DNA of 64,000 bases from Lepidodermella squamata. Its lineage: Eukaryota; Animalia; Gastrotricha. The notes under the pieces were generated by a model. The model was not told where the DNA came from and searched no databases. It was given only the letters and a program-made list of their open reading frames with translations. Below, piece after piece: positions 61,213 through 64,000 of the stretch. Each line of letters begins with the position of its first letter. The first letter of the stretch is position 1. A program made the translations under genes and the position numbers. The stretch covers positions 1,984,001-2,048,000 of the forward strand of contig JBLDXI010000029.1 in assembly GCA_047495785.1 (NCBI GenBank), written 5' to 3'.

Positions 61213-62483
61213 AGCAGGAAGTAACGGAGGGATTGAGTCCCCAGTTCGCAAGACCAAGGTGGAAAACCTCCAAAACACCAAAGAGGGGACCCATTGTCGT
61301 AAAATTTGGGCCCGAAAATACCCCCAAGTTCAAGCATCCTTCTTCGCGCACTGAAACCAAATTGCAGATTTCAACTCGGAAGATTCACCCTTCGCAAAAG
61401 GCAAAGCAACTATTTTTCAAAACATCTTTCATTCATTATCGTTTAAGAATTATCTTCTAAATTATAATTTATTCTTTAGCCTTGCAAGAAAGTATCTCGA
61501 ACCAGATTCATATTTGACATCATCACTGAGCATTCGTTGAACATTCCGATACATTATCAATAAAAACATTGGGCTCCTAACAATTTAAGAAAAAAAGTGG
61601 CAATTGAGTGAATTTTCCCTTAAGCATTCCAAGCTAAAAGCTGAGGGTCTATGGTACTGATCTGGACAATTTTTCGCATCGGAGCCTATCTGGAGATCTT
61701 TATATAGGCGATATATAGATACCTATGGAGAATTCTTTATATTAATGGATAAAATTCGGGGCTAGAGGACGTGGACAAAATTTTCGTGACAAATTAGCTT
61801 CCTCATTAGTGGATGAAACAGAGTCAAGTTTTCGACCTAGTTCGCGGGTATACGATGTTAAGTGAGTATTCATCGTTGTTGAATTTTTAGGAACGAGTGT
61901 CAAACTGCACAAGATTCTTCGCTCTATGATTATTAATTATTGAAATTATAAACGCTAAAGTTTCTTCCGAAGTTCAAGTTTCTGCCCTATTATTGACTTG
62001 CTTGAAAGTGCTGGGCTATTTTTGTTCCACTAATACTATTCTGCTCATTACTGTTTTTATCATAGAAAAATTGCTTCGGGAAATAAAGGCTCTGCTATAA
62101 ACCCGCAGTGAATACATCAGAAGTCAGTATTTTTTTGTTTCCTGGGTTCTGCAAAGTTCTATTAAGCTCTTCGAAACTCCGTGTTTTTGAGCTCTGACGT
62201 CTGACGGATTGCACGCGGATATTTTGAATTTAATAGCAGGAAGGTGACAAGGTATTCTTAGAAAAGCGTGCGGGAAAATCTCCCTTGATGGTCACCGACG
62301 ACGTCGCAGGTTTATGAGCAAATCAAAGGCGTGCCAAAATAAGATTGCATCTGGGGCATCAGTTTCCGCTAAAATATGCGTGGAATGTTTTGTCATTGCC
62401 TGCTTTTAAGGTGTCAAGTTCTGGCAATCCTCTCTGTCAAAGCGACAGCAATAGAAAATCATTATTCTGTTATTAATTCGAAA

Positions 62484-64000
62484 ATGATTTTTCCACACCT
62501 TCTTGCGTTCGTACTATCGGCATCTGCAATTGTAACAGAGGCGCGCAAGCCCTATCGTTTGCGCACCCTCTTTCACATTCCCCTATCACTGAATGTGGGA
62601 GATTACCGCAACTGTCGAGGGGCTGTTCAGACAGCATACGATTTCGCTAACAATCGAAGCGATATCTTACCCGATTACAACCTCGAATACGACTATCGCG
62701 ACGAAGGCCCCCAGAGCATGGCAGCAACTTCTTCGAGTATTAGCTACATTCGCAAAATGTTCGATTCCGAAGAGCCTGATCTCTTCATGTCCCCACTTAC
62801 TGTCGGAGTATCGGCCACGCCAGGCTGCAAAAGCTGGGGTCGGGTTGCGTCTCACATGAACATGGTAATGATATCAGCCGCCTGCATTTCGCCAACCCAG
62901 GTTGATCGGCGGGATGCCTACCCGAACTTGTGGCGAATCAGAGCATCGGCTCAATTGATTATAATGGCACGCCTAAGCTTCATATTGAAAGCAACAACCT
63001 GGAAAAAGGTAGCAATTATTTTCCCAGCTAGTGACAACGCTTTCGGTTTCGAAGCTGCTACTTACTCGATATCAGTCAACAATCGATTCGGCCTTGCGAT
63101 TCAAACAATTGAAGCTAGTTCTGATTTCAACGACGAATTTATGCAGAGCTTCGTGCAGAAAGACATCCGGATTTTCTCACTGGAAAATGGCGACTCAATA
63201 ATCATGATCCAATTCCTCTGTCAGGCCTATTTCAATGGTATTAAGGGCGATAAATATATCTTTCTAACTCTGATAAATTCCTATGTTGACCCTAACCTTG
63301 TCCCCGCGGCTTTCTACCCGAAAAATTGCAATTCGACGATTTACAAGGAGCAAATCGTTAGGGTTTTGTACTTTGGTGCTCTATCTCAACTTCCAGTTGC
63401 GAATGATGGGAAATCTAAAGATTACCTCGGCAACACATTGTCAGAATTTGATACATATCTCAAGACGAATTTCCCAGTCGATGTCAGAATGGTGGATTAT
63501 TCTGTGAGATATATATGCTACGATTTGGCTCTTCATTCAATAGTTGTCCTCAATGATTCTGAAAGTCGACTGAAAACGCTAAATATGTCACTCAGCGATT
63601 ACCGTGGGGATCCAAGGAACGTCATGTTGGCTGTTAACAGAAGCGTTGGAGGGGTTAGGTATCGAAATCAACAGCATGGCTTCTTCCACTACTCATCGAG
63701 AATGGAAATGGACTACGAAGCTCAGTTGGTCGTAACCTGGTCTCAGTCGACAGGTTTGAAAGCAAGATATATAATTCAGCTAGACGAAAACGCTACCTCA
63801 AGCAACGATATTTCTTCATTCAAAATTCGAGAATTATCAGGCTTCGAACCCGGATTTCTGCCAAAAGACTCGGCGTTTGAAGATATTTTTGATATAGGGG
63901 TTCCAATCGTTGCTTTTGTATTTCTCTCCGCAACAGCATTCATCATACTTCTTATTCAAATCGGTGGCATATCTTGGGTTATATCGGCTGAGGGCAAGAC
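62484..64000 (+). CDS. Second GABA-B-like class C GPCR, runs off the window end (not in the ORF track)
   Basis: Hand translation is open from ATG 62484: signal peptide MIFPHLLAFVLSASAIVTEA, then NNRSDILPDYNL, RRDAYPNLWRI, DIRIF, FLCQAYFNGIKGDKYIFL and TM1 at the window end; colinear with the 58630 paralog. Confidence 0.88.
   Translation, partial: MIFPHLLAFVLSASAIVTEARKPYRLRTLFHIPLSLNVGDYRNCRGAVQTAYDFANNRSDILPDYNLEYDYRDEGPQSMAATSSSISYIRKMFDSEEPDLFMSPLTVGVSATPGCKSWGRVASHMNMVMISAACISPTQVDRRDAYPNLWRIRASAQLIIMARLSFILKATTWKKVAIIFPASDNAFGFEAATYSISVNNRFGLAIQTIEASSDFNDEFMQSFVQKDIRIFSLENGDSIIMIQFLCQAYFNGIKGDKYIFLTLINSYVDPNLVPAAFYPKNCNSTIYKEQIVRVLYFGALSQLPVANDGKSKDYLGNTLSEFDTYLKTNFPVDVRMVDYSVRYICYDLALHSIVVLNDSESRLKTLNMSLSDYRGDPRNVMLAVNRSVGGVRYRNQQHGFFHYSSRMEMDYEAQLVVTWSQSTGLKARYIIQLDENATSSNDISSFKIRELSGFEPGFLPKDSAFEDIFDIGVPIVAFVFLSATAFIILLIQIGGISWVISAEGK

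Overview
Eukaryotic (probably invertebrate animal) genomic DNA with canonical GT-AG introns; the species cannot be identified from the sequence alone. Positions ~2.5-57.2 kb hold a minus-strand tandem array of about 21 copies or fragments of one 3-exon gene. It encodes a four-TM protein that resembles MARVEL domains, with a Q/P/H/Y-rich repetitive N-terminus, a Cys-rich juxtamembrane segment (CCKCSNRQLVGKPDHYSxxxCC) and a separately encoded Gly/Cys tail (...GGGCGGGGC*). The array shows birth-and-death evolution: intact genes, pseudogenes, an in-frame 8-TM fusion, two copies with a captured ~200-aa basic N-terminal domain, a near-perfect 3 x 1262-bp triplication and an older collinear duplication. 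Copies share a TATA/Inr core promoter, AP-1-type sites and a conserved 4-codon uORF. The array is heavily invaded by TEs: one young 5'-truncated LINE, RTE relics and more than a dozen MITEs of several TSD classes. The window ends with a head-to-head pair of GABA-B-like class C GPCR genes with long uninterrupted ORFs; the second runs off the window and is absent from the ORF track. All splice coordinates and family assignments were read by eye.
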